Shown one piece after another: positions 1 to 13,859 of a DNA stretch of 53,102 nt. Numbering within the stretch: the stretch's first letter is position 1; every line of letters starts with the position of its first letter. A model generated the notes under the pieces. The model worked only from the letters and a program-made list of their open reading frames with translations, was not told the origin of the DNA and did not search any database. The stretch is from Macrostomum lignano (taxonomy: Eukaryota): NCBI GenBank assembly GCA_002269645.1, contig NIVC01003029.1, positions 1-53,102 of the forward strand, written 5' to 3'. Position numbers and translations under genes: made by a program.

Positions 1-417
<417 letters not shown>

Positions 418-2434
418 AAATCATGCAGTAGAGCTGCAATGGAGGACATAACTCAGTTAAGTATTTTTGTAACCAACGGGGACTTGTCGATGTTTGCGTC
501 AGAGGCCCTCAGCGAAGCGTCAGTGAAGTGCGCAGCCGCGAACCCCCCTCCACGCTAGCGCTTCAACATCCACTTGGGTTGCGAAAGCAGAAAAACGGCA
601 AGCTCTGCTTCTGCTCTTCTAAAGCGGGAGGGCTTGCTGATTGTCTCTCTTTTTCTCTCCCTCTTTCTGTTTGCGCCATGGCGTCCTATAAAACTTTTAC
701 GATCAAACAATAAAACACTCCGCCCTCAACTTCTGCAAATGCTCCGGCTCTCTTCTCTACCCTCGTTCACTCTCTCTTTCTCTCTGTCTATCTCGCTCCT
801 CTTCATCCGACAAAAGCCTCTCTTCGGTTTGCCCGACTGTTTTGTTTCTTTTCCAACGCGAGAGGGGGCGTCGGCGGTGCCTTTGACTCGACCTGCCCGC
901 TATCCCCCAACCGCGACTAGCCCTGCTGTTTTATCTGCTTCTGGGAATGCCCCCACCCCACAGACAGCGGGTTTTTAACACAGACGCTTTTTTCTCTAAG
1001 GAAACAAGAATCAAAAGATCGTTTTCAAGCTGCATTATCAATATGCAATTGGCTGCAGATATCTGTATATCTGGCAGATCTAGGCAGCAATCCAGTGAGG
1101 ATTACCATAGACATGCGCGATTATCATCAAGACTACCAATACTAATAGGCTGCAGGGCGATGAAACTAGATAAAAACGTCGAGACACGTCGAAACGTTGC
1201 ATTTTGTCTATGGCTGAGAGTGTCTGACCCTAAAACCTCACTTGGTGAGAATGTCTTATGGTAAAAACAGAGAAATCCGCCTCATCTCTGAATCCAGCTG
1301 CTGTGTGCTTATGTAAAAGAAAAAGACAAGAGAGGAGATATGAGAGAGAGGAGAGAAAAAGAAAGGGAGCCTGAGAAGAGACACAAGCACCATATTGTCT
1401 ATGGTTCAACCCTCGCTCTGGTGCTATGCGCTAACTACAGTATAGGTTATGTAAAGCATGTCTCAGTATTGGTATAATATAGTTTTGATATATAATCAAT
1501 CATAGAATTCTAGCAGACCACGAAATGGTGGCCACACTGTTATGTGACTTCGCATAAATGTCTATGGTTCAATGCCTAGCCTATAACATGGCATGGATAC
1601 CGCTGGCATATTGTGTTTTACTCATTTATTTCTTCCTCATAACCTATGGCAATCAGATTTGGCTATCTATACAATATTGTTTTTTTGTTTGTCTTTTTGT
1701 CTGGTTTCCTTAATGCTGATAATGCAATGGTTGCGGTTACACTGTACTCTGCAGGCTGTTGGAAGGTCACTCAGACTGTGCAGCCAGCGCCCCCCACCCC
1801 AGCTTGGCTCACTGATTTCACTTCAAAAGGGACGCCGCCGCCCTGTTTGTAGGCAGGATTAAAAAGATGCCTTTGGCGCTGTTGGAGTAGCAGCCGCAGG
1901 AGGCATATAAATTCTGCGCTAAAATCTCTGGGTAAAGGGGGGTGCGGGGTGTTCAGGTGCAGGCGCAAACTTCTGCGGCGATATTGCAACTAAACTTACC
2001 CCCCCCCCCCCTCTATGTAGCGCGGCTATCTGCTATACAGTAATTGTTATTAACGCAAATTTTACTTTCCCTGTGCAACTTAACATAAGCTTAAAAAATA
2101 CACTAAACCTGCGGAATTCAATGGAATGCTTTCAACTAATATTTAGCGACGCAATTTTCTTGAATTTTTGGAAGCAGTTTGTTAAATCTTAATCTGTAGC
2201 CACGCAGGCTTACCTTGGAATTTGAGTATTCGTTTGAAAATAATTACTTTATGCAAGATATTTCAGTGAGTGAGTGAATCGCTGCCCCCTGGAAGAATCG
2301 ATACAAAAAAGAGCTAGTTGCTACTAGCAGTAACAATGCTTGAAGTTAGAATATAACCGCTTTCGTATGTCTGCGTTTTAACAAACCTTAGCTCAGGTCA
2401 GCTCAGGAGTTTGACGCATGAGGGTAGGCAGACG

Positions 2435-2650
2435 GTACAGGATGGTAAAAATGGTACAGGATGAATTATAGGTTAGTACAGGATGGTAAAAACGGTACAG
2501 GATGAAATATAGGTTAGTACAGGATGGTAAAAACGGTACAGGATGAAATATAGATTAGTACAGGATGGTAAAAATGGTACAGGATGAAATATAGGTTAGT
2601 ACAGGATGGTAAAAACGGTACAGGATGAAATATATATTAGTACAGGGTGA
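2435..2650. repeat. 41-bp minisatellite
   Basis: About 5 copies of gtacaggatggtaaaaacggtacaggatgaaatataggtta. Confidence 0.9.
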
Positions 2651-2948
2651 AATATTGATTGATAAACGATGGAAAGGACGCTGCAATAAATGGTCAAAGA
2701 AATTTTACTTTCGTCGCCCACTTTTATATCTGCATGCCTAATTTGCTACTAGTAGTAATACTTGCAGATTTCTATTACTATGGAATTCGAACCTAGAAAT
2801 TTCAGGCCAAATGAGGTCCTTGTCTTATACGATATATAAGTTCAGAGAGCGTTATTTGGTAGAGTACGACTGAGTAGAGCCCGTAATCAATTGAGGACGA
2901 GTGACTTGTACAAGACTGTACGCAGAAAGCCGAGAGAGGACCAGATTT

Positions 2949-3395
2949 GTACAGGATTGTAGAGACATTAGTACAGGATTGTAGAGACATTAGTACAGGA
3001 TTGTAGAGACATTAGTACAGGATTGTAGAGACATTAGTACAGGATTGTAGAGCCATTAGTACAGGATTGTAGAGACATTAGTACAGGATTGTAGAGACAT
3101 TAGTACAGGATTGTAGAGACATTAGTACAGGATTGTAGAGACATTAGTACAGGATTGTAGAGACATTAGTACAGGATTTTAGAGACATTGGTACAGGATT
3201 TTAGAGACATTGGTACACGATTTTAGAGTCATTGGTAGAGGATTTTAGAGACATTGGTACACGATTTTAGAGACATTGGTACAGGATTTTAGAGACATTG
3301 GTACACAATTGTTGACATTGATACAGGGTTTTAGAGACATTGGTATACAATTGTAGAGACATTGGTACAGGGTTGCAGAGACATTGGTACGGCAT
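2949..3395. repeat. 22-bp minisatellite
   Basis: Unit gtacaggattgtagagacatta, degenerating towards the right. Confidence 0.95.
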
Positions 3396-3971
3396 TGCAG
3401 AGGCATTGGGGAAATATATTGCTGTTGCTGGCCATGGCAGGCAGGTATTCCTGTAGATACGAGCTTCTGCTTTTGAGGTGTGAAAACTGATACAGCCATT
3501 TCGAAGTCAGCAAAAGCTTGCATGTACAGGACACCCGGACTCTGCTGTTTTCGTTCACCTGACTTTAGTTGCTTGACTTTGAGTTGCTTTCCAGTTCGAA
3601 TCGCTTTTGCACCGGCCCTCTTTTAGTCTGTCTGTTTCTCTCTCTTCTGGGCAAGTTGCTTTTATGCCACTTTTATAGCAGCCCCTTCTCCAAGAATATT
3701 TTATGGGTTCCTGCAGCCTCTTAAAACTCAACCCAGTGGGGGGTTACAAGCAACTAGCTCAAAACTCTGAAATTTTATTATAACAAATCGTGTCCTTCGA
3801 GCATCTGATTCTACATGAAGTTTTGCCGCAATTGCAGCAGTGTATGGCGCGCTTTGACTGCTGAACACTATGGGCTGTCACCCGCGGACACCGAGAGCTA
3901 GGAGTCTGGCCAGCAGGCAATGGAGCTCTGGTTTGGCTGGAGGGCATTTTTCCACACATCTTTGGGCTCTG

Positions 3972-4312
3972 TGAAATTTCGGTTTTGTGAGATTTCGGAT
4001 TTTGAGATTTCGGATTTTAAAGGTTTCGGATTTGTGAAGCTTTGAGTTTGTGAAATTTCGGTTTTGTGAGATTTCGGATTTGCGAAGTTTTGGGGTTTGT
4101 GAACTTTCGGTTTTGTGAGATTTCGGATTTGTGAGATTTCGGTTTTGTGAGATTTCGGATTTGTGAGTTTTCGGATTTGTGAAATTTCGGTTTTGTGAGA
4201 TTTCGGATCCGTAAGGTTTCGGATTTGTGAAGTTTTGGGTTTGTTAAATTTCGGTTTCGTGAAATTTCAGAGTTTGTGAAATTTCGGGTTTGTGAAATTT
4301 CGGGTTTGTGAA
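3972..4312. repeat. Degenerate 17-18 bp minisatellite
   Basis: Repeated tgtgagatttcggattt / gaaatttcggttttgtga. Confidence 0.85.
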
Positions 4313-4732
4313 ACGACGCCCCAAGGAAAATGTCCTAAAATGTGTTTACTAAAATGTAATTTCCAGAAAAAGGCGTTTACTTACTTACCACTCACTACTT
4401 GCCGCTGCTCCATGCGATCTCTGTCAAGCCTGTGGACTAATGGTCTGCATCATACTACAGTGCATATGAGGGTTTGTTCATGCAGCAGCTCGAACGCGAC
4501 TGACAATAGAAGCATTTGAAACTCTACTAGCTATTCTATACTGTAATTTCAACCAATCAACTCTTAGCTGTAGAAGAGATTGGGGCCAGCGCGAGTTTAT
4601 TGCGTTTTTTGGCATCCAGGCTGACCAAACCCACTCTTAAAGCTTGAAGTGAAAGGCAACCCGCCGTGGCTGTGAGTTTCAGTTTGTCGCTCAAAATATC
4701 AACTAGAGCGGTTTGTGTAGCTGAAACTTACT

Positions 4733-4990
4733 ACCAAATGACCAAAACTACTACCCAATGACCAAAACTATACCCAATGACTATAACAAAACTACTATTC
4801 AATGATTAAAGCTACTACCCAATGACCAAAACTACTAACCAATGACCAAAACCTACTACCCAGCGACTAAAACTACTACCCAATGACTAAAACTACTACC
4901 AAATTACCAAAACTACTACCAAATGACCAAAACTACTACCCAATGACCAAAACTACTACCAAATTACCAAAACTACTACCAAACGAACAA
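4733..4990. repeat. ~20-bp minisatellite
   Basis: Unit accaaaactactacccaatg. Confidence 0.9.
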
Positions 4991-5320
4991 AGCTCATCCC
5001 GAAACGGTGAAGCTACCACACAATGACTCAGTAATTATGTAACCCTTCAACAGTTGACCTGTAGTGCACATAACAAGGCATAACAAGGCTTGTCAGAACT
5101 AAAATTGAGCAAAGTAAAAATATTTGAGCATTGCTGATAAATGTTTGATTCCACACCAGAGGTGAATGAAGATATACTCATGAAAGTATACTACTGTTTT
5201 GTTCTACGGTATACTATTATCATGTTGTAGAGTCAGTAGCAAGTACGGGCCATCCAAGTTCAAATTATATGATTTTTAAATACAATATTCGTATTTGAAA
5301 CATTTAGAATCTCCAACTCG

Positions 5321-6735
5321 TGATCATGTCTGTGTGAATCTAATCGGAGCGGATCATGTCTGTGTGAATCTAATCGGAGCGGATCATGTCTATGTGAATC
5401 TAATCGGAGCGGATCATGTCTATGTGAATCTAATCGGAGCGGATCATGTCTATGTGAATCTAATCGGAGCGGATCATGTCTATGTGAATCTAATCGGAGC
5501 GGATCATGTCTGTGTGAATCTAATCGGAGCGGATCATGTCTGTGTGAATCTAATAGGCAGCGGATAATGTCTGTGTGAATCTAATCGGAGCGGATCATGT
5601 CTGTGTGAATCTAATCGGAGCGGATCATGTCTGTGTGAATCTAATAGGCAGCGGATAATGTCTGTGTGAATCTAATAGGGAGCGGATCATGTCTGTGTGA
5701 ATCTAATCGGAGCGGATCATGTCTGTGTGAATCTAATCGGAGCGGATCATGTCTGTGTGAATCTAATAGGGAGCGGATCATGTCTGTGTGAATCTAATAG
5801 GGAGCGGATCATGTATCTGTGAATCTATAGGAGCGAATCATGTCTGTGTGAATCTAATAGGCAGCGGATAATGTCTGTGTGAATCTAATAGGGAGCGGAT
5901 CATGTCTGTGTGAATCTAATAGGGAGCGGATCATGTATGTGTGAATCTAATAGGGAGCGGATCATGTCTGTGTGAATCTAATCGGAGCGGATCATGTCTG
6001 TGTGAATCTAATCGGAGCGGATCATGTCTGTGTGAATCTAATAGGGAGCGGATCATGTCTGTGTGAATCTATAGGGAGCGGATCATGTATCTGTGTGAAT
6101 CTAAAGGGAGCGGATCATGTCTGTGTGAATCTAATAGGGAGCGGATCATGTCTGTGTGAATCTAATAGGGAGCGGATCATGTCTGTGTGAATCTAATAGG
6201 GAGCGGATCATGTATGTGTGAATCTAATAGGAGCGAATCATGTCTGTGTGAATCTAATAGGAGCGAATCATGTCTGTGTGAATCTAATAGGCAGCGGATA
6301 ATGTCTGTGTGAATCTAATAGGAAGCGGATCATGTCTGTGTGAATCTATAGGGAGCGGATCATGTCTGTGTGAATCTAATAGGAGCGGATCATGTCTGTG
6401 TGAATCTAATAGGGAGCGGATCATGTCTGTGTGAATCTATAGGGAGCGGATCATGTCTGTGTGAATCTAATAGGGAGCGGATCATGTCTGTGTGAATCTA
6501 ATAGGGAGCGGATCATGTCTGTGTGAATCTATAGGGAGCGGATCATGTCTGTGTGAATCTAATAGGGAGCGGATCATGTCTGTGTGAATCTAATAGGGAG
6601 CGGATCATGTCTGTGTGAATCTATAGGGAGCGGATCATGTCTGTGTGAATCTATAGGGAGCGGATCATGTCTACGTGAATCTATAGGAGCGGATCATGTC
6701 TACGTGAATCTATAGGAGCGGATCATGTCTGCGTG
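5321..6735. repeat. 30-bp minisatellite (~1.4 kb)
   Basis: Unit gatcatgtctgtgtgaatctaatcggagcg with 29-bp variants. Confidence 0.97.
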
Positions 6736-7206
6736 AGTAAATCTCATTGCAGATCATGAGCATGCGTGAGCGTAATTCTGCGAGCGTATTGAAGAATTGT
6801 TTTAAATTTTGTTAAACTCAAGTAAAAGATTTTACACTCGTACAACATATCTGTTGGTAATTTCTTTATAGAATCATAAGAAGATAGCCAGATTAGAAGG
6901 ATCATCAAGCACTTGTTATTCGAATACATGCCGAGTCAGACTCAATCAATTAGTCATAAGTACAGCTCGCTGGCGCACAACAGACAGATCGGGCAAAGAA
7001 ATAGTTTTCCTTTGATGTCTGCCGACGCCAAGGTGCGAGGGGTGTGGGACGGAGTGCTTATGATGCATAAGTCCCAGCAACGGCTAAGCTGATTTTCCAT
7101 CGATTGCCCTCCAGCAAAAATCGCTTTTTTTAGCGTTTGGGTTGGAGTTTTGAATGCTGACTGATGATCCACAGATGGAGGAAGCTGGTTTAGCGACTTT
7201 TGCACT

Positions 7207-7853
7207 CGTTTTATGTAGCATGTAGCATTTTACACACGTTTATGTAGCATGTAGCATTTTACACACGTTTATGTAGCATGTAGCATTTTACACCCGTTTT
7301 ATGTAGCATGTAGCATTTTACACCCGTTTTATGTAGCATGTAGCATTTTACACCCGTTTATGTAGCATGTAGCATTTTACACCCGTTTTATGTAGCATGT
7401 AGCATTTTACACACGTTTATGTAGCATGTAGCATTTTACACCCGTTTTATGTAGCATGTAGCATTTTACACACGTTTATGTAGCATGTAGCATTTTACAC
7501 CCGTTTTATGTAGCATGTAGCATTTTACACACGTTTATGTAGCATGTAGCATTTTACACCCGTTTTATGTAGCATGTAGCATTTTACACCCGTTTTATGT
7601 AGCATGTAGCATTTTACACACGTTTATGTAGCATGTAGCATTTTACACCCGTTTTATGTAGCATGTAGCATTTTACACACGTTTATGTAGCATGTAGCAT
7701 TTTACACCCGTTTTATGTAGCATGTAGCATTTTACACCCGTTTTATGTAGCATGTAGCATTTTACACCCGTTTTATGTAGCATGTAGCATTTTACACCCG
7801 TTTTATGTAGCATGTAGCATTTTACACCCGTTTTATGTAGCATGTAGCATTTC
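7207..7853. repeat. 29/30-bp minisatellite
   Basis: Unit ttttatgtagcatgtagcattttacacccg. Confidence 0.97.
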
Positions 7854-8647
7854 ACTCCGATGTTGCGTAGTTTTTTTAGACAAGGCTTATGCAACTTTTA
7901 CGCTCGCTTTGTTAGCTTTTTAAATTTTTACATGATAATGTCGTGATACATGATACATGATACATGATAAAACTTGCAAAAGACCATTCCAGGTCCTCAG
8001 TTCTCCCTTCCTAAATCCCACTCATTCGTTCGTCCCGTCTCTCTCTGCCATTCTTGATCCTAATCTGCTGCTCTCAGATCTCTCCCTCTCTCTCTGTTGT
8101 AATTGTCCAAAACAACGTAATCCCATTCGGAATTGGGATTTCCCCACTTTCGCTCAGCAGGGATATAAGTCTGTCTAAGTCCCGGCGAATAGATAATTAA
8201 TTACCCCCCCCCCTACCAACCCCTCGAACTCCTGCTGGATTGGAAATTAGCATAGCCAAGGACTCCTAGAACCAGTGTCTGGTGGCTTCTAATTTTAGAT
8301 TGATTCAATATCAAGAAACATTTCAAACCTTAAACAATTTAAACACTTTTCAGACAATAGGAGTCCTCATCCAATACTTGGTCTACGAGATCATTCATTG
8401 TCTGCAATTCAGCCTGAAGAGTCAACTATAATCAGTCACCAATCCACTCACACACTCGTTTGGAAAGTAGCTAAAGTTGATATCGTAAGAGAGTGTAGAA
8501 ACACAATTGTCTATGGCAAAAACCACAAGCCAGACAGTGCACTCAAAAGCTGTGCATCTCTCCATTCAGTCATGCTCAAGAGAAATCGGAATTTTCTTTT
8601 TTTGTCTATGGCAGACCCCCGCTTGAGAAGAATCAAGTTGCTTTGGG

Positions 8648-9673
8648 CAGGGGCGTCACCATGGATTTTATGGTGGGGGGGGTGACAAAGCCAAGAATTC
8701 TATCTGTACATGTACATGACTAAATTCGTACATTTTCATTATTTTAAGAATCATTTCAGCTCATTTTGGCGCCGCAGGCACTCATTTTAGCGCCGCAGGC
8801 ACTCATTTTAGCGCCGCAGGCACTCATTTTAGCGCCGCAGGCACTCATTTTAGCGCCGCAGGCACTCATTTTAGCGCCGCAGGCACTCATTTTAGCGCCG
8901 CAGGCACTCATTTTAGCGCCGCAGGCACTCATTTTAGCACCGCAGGCACTCATTTTGGCGCCGCAGGCACTCATTTTAGCGCCGCAGGCACTCGTTTTAG
9001 CGCCGCAGGCACTCATTTTAGCGCCGTAGGCACTCATTTTAGCGCCGCAGGCACTCATTTTAGCGCCGCAGGCACTCATTTTGGCGCACTCATTTTAGCA
9101 CCGCAGGCACTCATTTTAGCACCGCAGGCACTCATTTTAGCGCCGCAGGCACTCATTTTGGCGCACTCATTTTAGCACCGCAGGCACTCATTTTGGCGCA
9201 CTCATTTTAGCACCGCAGGCACTCATTTTAGCACCGCAGGCACTCATTTTAGCGCCGCAGGCACTCATTTTAGCGCCGCAGGCACTCATTTTGGCGCACT
9301 CATTTTAGCACCGCAGGCACTCATTTTAGCGCCGCAGGCACTCATTTTAGCGCCGCAGGCACTCATTTTAGCGCCTCAGGCACTCATTTTAGCGCCTCAG
9401 GCACTCATTTTAGCGCCTCAGGCACTCATTTTAGCGCCTCAGGCACTCATTTTAGCGCCTCAGGCACTCATTTTAGCGCCTCAGGCACTCATTTTAGCGC
9501 CTCAGGCACTCATTTTGGCGGCGCAGGCGCTATATTTTGTCACCCTGAAGCAAAATTATTGATTTCCATAACGGGTCAAAGTGAGGGTGGGGGGAGCAAA
9601 GCATGGGCATGTCCCCTCCATAGATTTTACTGGGGGACATGTCCCCCTGTCCCCCCTGGTGGAGACACCCCTG
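8648..9673. mobile_element. Non-autonomous hAT-type TIR element containing a 21-bp array
   Basis: Left end caggggcgtcacca matches right end (reverse complement) caggggtgtctcca at 12/14. Flanks gctttggg (8640-8647) and gctttcgg (9674-9681) form a 7/8 match to an 8-bp TSD, the length typical of hAT. Confidence 0.75.
8755..9530. repeat. 21-bp minisatellite
   Basis: Unit gcactcattttagcgccgcag with occasional shortened units. Confidence 0.97.
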
Positions 9674-10334
9674 GCTTTCGGGAATAAGCTTGCACTCCAA
9701 ATGCTGGCGCTAGCACTCCTTGACTTATCTAGCCGCCATACGGAATGGAACTGAGCGGGGGATGGTCCGACACAGAGGGGACCTACCCCTGGGGGGCTTA
9801 AAAGATTGATGGGTTAATGTTAATAATAACGCCAAATATGGGAATACGATTTTGACCTGTCGTCTTTTGAATTCGAATTCTTATAAAATAGTTGAAGCAG
9901 TCTTGGTTTCGAAACTCAAGTCTCAAGGGTCCTGTCTGTCGGTCGGTTGTGGGGTTTTACTTGAGCGGAGTATGAGAAATATGGTTAATGGGAGTGGCGT
10001 GTGTATATATGTAGGAATCTTCAAGGCGACTGAACACGAGGTGAATCCCTGTGAGACAATTGCTATCGTTTTTAAAAATCAATGGCCCTGTTTACCTGAC
10101 TGATCTTCTCCCAAAAATAAGGCTGGAAGGAAATGGCAACGGTTGGCGGAGGCATAGCAACCCAACTTCCGCATGGAGGCGCTGGCCAAGCATTGGAGAG
10201 CGGCGTGTCATTAATTATCATTAGCGATTTTGAAAAATGCGACCCTAAGTCGAACGAGAGTGCGCAGGCCTGCTAGATAACCTGGTATATCTGGTTTTGG
10301 AATTTTGCTGCCTTCAAAGGATATAGGAGTACTT

Positions 10335-10672
10335 TTAGATCCAACTGAGGAACAGGGATTTAGGTACACTGATCCCACTGAGGAACGGGGATTTAGGTAC
10401 ACTGATCCAACTGAGGAACGGGGATTTAGGTACACTGATCCCACTGAGGAACGGGGATTTAGGTACACTGATCCCACTGAGGAACGGGGATTTAGGTACA
10501 CTGATCCAACTGAGGAACGGGGATTTAGGTACACTGATCCCACTGAGGAACGGGGATTTAGGTACACTGATCCCACTGAGGAACGGGGATTTAGGTACAC
10601 TGATCCCACTGAGGAACGGGGATTTAGGTACACTGATCCAACTGAGGAACAGGAATTAAGGTACACTGATCC
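10335..10672. repeat. 33-bp minisatellite
   Basis: About 10 copies of gatcccactgaggaacggggatttaggtacact. Confidence 0.97.
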
Positions 10673-11744
10673 GGCTGTGAAAGAGGGACAGTAACGGAAG
10701 CATACAATATGAAATTCGTGGTTAATGCATTATTTAGATAAAAATATAATGTTTGCAGCCAGTTTCTAACAAATATCTTATTAGTCGCTGTATTTTTTGT
10801 TCAAATGCATATCATGTAATATACTCATCATATCATATCATGTACTCGTACTTTGGCATTGGCTACCGTCCAGACAGATTCTTCTGTCTGCTTTCTTGGC
10901 TCGTTAATAATAAAAAGAATAAATGACAGATAGGTAAGGTAGTGAGAGAGAGATTTGTTCTCAAACGCATATCTGCAGAGGCCAGAAATTTGTGGGTACT
11001 ATTATTCTGCTTACATTGCTATTTAGTGCCATTATAATGTGCTATTCAAGCACTCCAGTCGAGAGAGAGAGAGAGTTAAGTTGCTATACTGACTTTTGCG
11101 CCCTCAAGTGCAGCTCTCCTCAAACCCTCCGGCGGTTCAGGGTCCTCTCGGAGCTTTGATGCTTGCCGCCGGCACTGTTTCCAGACTGCCTGCTAGCTGC
11201 CGTTTCTCTGGCCCGGGGACTTCTGAAAACAGAGGTCCTTGGACGGGCGTAGTTTCCAAATTTCGGGTCTGCTAGTAGTCCATGGCTTAGGCGGCGCCTT
11301 CGTCTGCCTTTCTCTTTCTGCATAGAATGGTGTGGAATCGAGATGGTCGGCCCGGAGTCAAAGGCTCTCCCCCTCTCTCTCTGGGCTCCTGCGCCACCTG
11401 CGGCAGCAGCTAGCAGCAAAAAAAAACTTAGAAAAAATCCAGTCAAAAAAAGAAACCAAACCCCTCTCATTGCGCACTAGAAATGTTATAAGCCATAGCG
11501 CCTACAGTGGGCGGTACACGCAATTGTAGCGGGTTCTCTGCCTGAAACAGAAGCCATAAATTTTGCCGCCTGTCTCAGGCTCTGCCACCCCCACCCCCCT
11601 CCCTCAGAACCCATTCGGCCGAAACTCTATCTTGGCTATATTGAACAATTAGTTTATGGAGTTAATAATATTCTAACTAAATAAACAGGTATATAGCTGC
11701 TAGCTATTCTGACCGTACTAAATGTCTGCCATGACCTAGTGTCA

Positions 11745-13155
11745 GAGTGAGATGCTGGCGCCACAACCACATTAGTGTCAGCTGCTGGCGCCACAACCAC
11801 CATATTGTCAGCAGCTGGCGCCACAATCACATTGTGTCAGCAGCTGGCGCCACAATCACATTGTGTCAGCAGCTGGCGCCACAATCACATTAGTGTCAGC
11901 TGCTGGCGTCACAACCACCCTAGTGTCAGCTGCTGGCGCCACAACCATCTTAGTACCAGCTGCTGGCGCCACAACCACCATATTGTCAGCTGCTGGCGCC
12001 ACAACCACCATATTGTCAGCAGCTGGCGCCACAATCACATTGTGTCAGCAGCTGGCGCCACAACCACATTAGTGTCAGCTGCTGGCGCCACAACCACCAT
12101 ATTGTCAGCAGCTGGCGCCACAATCACATTGTGTCAGCAGCTGGCGCCACAATCACATTGTGTCAGCAGCTGGCGCCACAATCACATTAGTGTCAGCTGC
12201 TGGCGTCACAACCACCCTAGTGTCAGCTGCTGGCGCCACAACCATCTTAGTACCAGCTGCTGGCGCCACAACCACCATATTGTCAGCTGCTGGCGCCACA
12301 ACCACCATATTGTCAGCAGCTGGCGCCACAATCACATTGTGTCAGCAGCTGGCGCCACAATCACATTGTGTCAGCAGCTGGCGCCACAATCACATTGTGT
12401 CAGCAGCTGGCGCCACAATCACATTAGTGTCAGCTGCTGGCGTCACAACCACCCTAGTGTCAGCTGCTGGCGTCACAACCATCTTAGTACCAGCTGCTGG
12501 CGCCACAACCACCATATTGTCAGCTGCTGGCGCCACAACCACCATATTGTCAGCAGCTGGCGCCACAATCACATTGTGTCAGCAGCTGACGTCACAACCA
12601 CCCTAGTGTCAGCTGCTGGCGCCACAACGATCTTAGTATCAGCTGCTGGCGCCACAATCACATTAGTGTCAGCTGCTGGCGCCACAACCACCCTAGTGTC
12701 AGCTGCTGGCGCCACAACGATCTTAGTATCAGCTGCTGGCGCCACAATCACATTAGTGTCAGCAGCTGACGTCACAACCACCATATTGTCAGCAGCTGTC
12801 GCCACAATCACATTAGTGTCAGCTGCTGGCGCCACAACCACCCTAGTGTCAGCTGCTGGCGCCACAATCACATTAGTGTCAGCTGCTGGCGCCACAACCA
12901 CCCTAGTGTCAGCTGCTGGCGCCACAACGATCTTAGTATCAGCTGCTGGCGCCACAATCACATTAGTGTCAGCAGCTGACGTCACAACCACCATATTGTC
13001 AGCAGCTGGCGCCACAATCACATTAGTGTCAGCTGCTGGCGCCACAACCACCCTAGTGTCAGCTGCTGGCGCCACAATCACATTAGTGTCAGCTGCTGGC
13101 GCCACAACCACCCTAGTGTCAGCTGCTGGCGCCACAACCACCCTAGTGTCAGCTG
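11745..13155. repeat. 29/30-bp minisatellite with higher-order blocks, upstream of Hox3
   Basis: Unit tagtgtcagctgctggcgccacaaccaccc plus variants. An identical variant series recurs at a 297-bp offset (ORF-track peptides at 11856 and 12153 are identical). Confidence 0.95.
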
Positions 13156-13433
13156 TTGTCACGGCGGCCGTAATAGTCAGGGCACTCCTAGTTTCAGGTA
13201 GAGTAGATCGAAACAGTCCAATTGATAATGAGTTTACTATCAATAATTGGGAAAAACTCCAATTCGGAATGATTATTCCCCAGCCCCCTCCCCCCGGTAC
13301 ACCTCGCCGCCTCATCTCTTCGCCTATTCGCCAGCGTTTAGGCGAGAGAATCCAGGAGGAGGAGAGCCGCCCCCCTCCCCAGGCCCGGCCGCTCCGGACC
13401 AACCGGCCGTTTTCAAGCCGGGTCGCGTGCGAA

Positions 13434-13470
<37 letters not shown>

Positions 13471-13563
13471 TCTCTCTAATATAACTGCCAGATTTGATTC
13501 GATTTTTAAAGCCGCCCGCTGCGACAACTATCTATTCCATATATCAGACATATATTAAACCCG

Positions 13564-13831
13564 ATGACTGGGGTGCAGCGCAACTCGCAGCAGCACAGAG
13601 CAGGGATGCATCAGCAGCATCAGCAGATGCTGCATGGCGGTCTACCACATCCAATCTATCCCTGGATGATGGAGACTCGAGGCCACAGCGCTGGCGGAGC
13701 AGGAGGCGGCGGCGGTGGCGGTGGCCATAGCCGATCCGCTTCAAGGACAGCTCAGTCGGGACGTCAGTCTGCAGTGGACGGCGTCGGCTTTGACATGGAA
13801 TCGGCGACCGAGTTTAGCAAAGGAGATGCTG
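13564..13831 (+). CDS. Hox3: Hox3-class homeobox gene, coding exon 1 (hexapeptide exon)
   Basis: ATG 13564 with in-frame stops upstream. Encodes IYPWM hexapeptide. Donor G|GTAAGT at 13832 is phase 1 and matches the phase-1 acceptor at 19678. Confidence 0.85.
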
Positions 13832-13859
13832 GTAAGTGAAGACTTTGAAGCTGCGGAGA

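Noticed and set aside
678-713. MASYKTFTIKQ after a pyrimidine tract, resembling the RPL39 N-terminus
   Set aside because: Stops after 11 codons with no donor site, and no continuation (LAKKQKQNRP-like) in any nearby frame; likely chance.
1155-1203. gtcGAAACGTTgc, resembling a Penelope hammerhead 3' half
   Set aside because: No CTGANGA core upstream (only cgatga) and no clear stem II.
9852-9930. FDLSSFE / KIVEAVLVSKLK, faintly like a Penelope GIY-YIG C-terminus
   Set aside because: Two short matches in different frames; not supportable without a profile search.
5321-10672. Regular arrays with 21-33 bp periodicity considered as CRISPR
   Set aside because: Head-to-tail repeats with no unique spacers, no cas genes, eukaryotic context.
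11120-11470. 116-aa minus-strand ORF with signal-peptide-like start and basic cluster
   Set aside because: The hydrophobic stretch derives from poly-A/T runs, and no repeated or amidated peptide motif is evident; more likely Hox3 upstream/UTR sequence.
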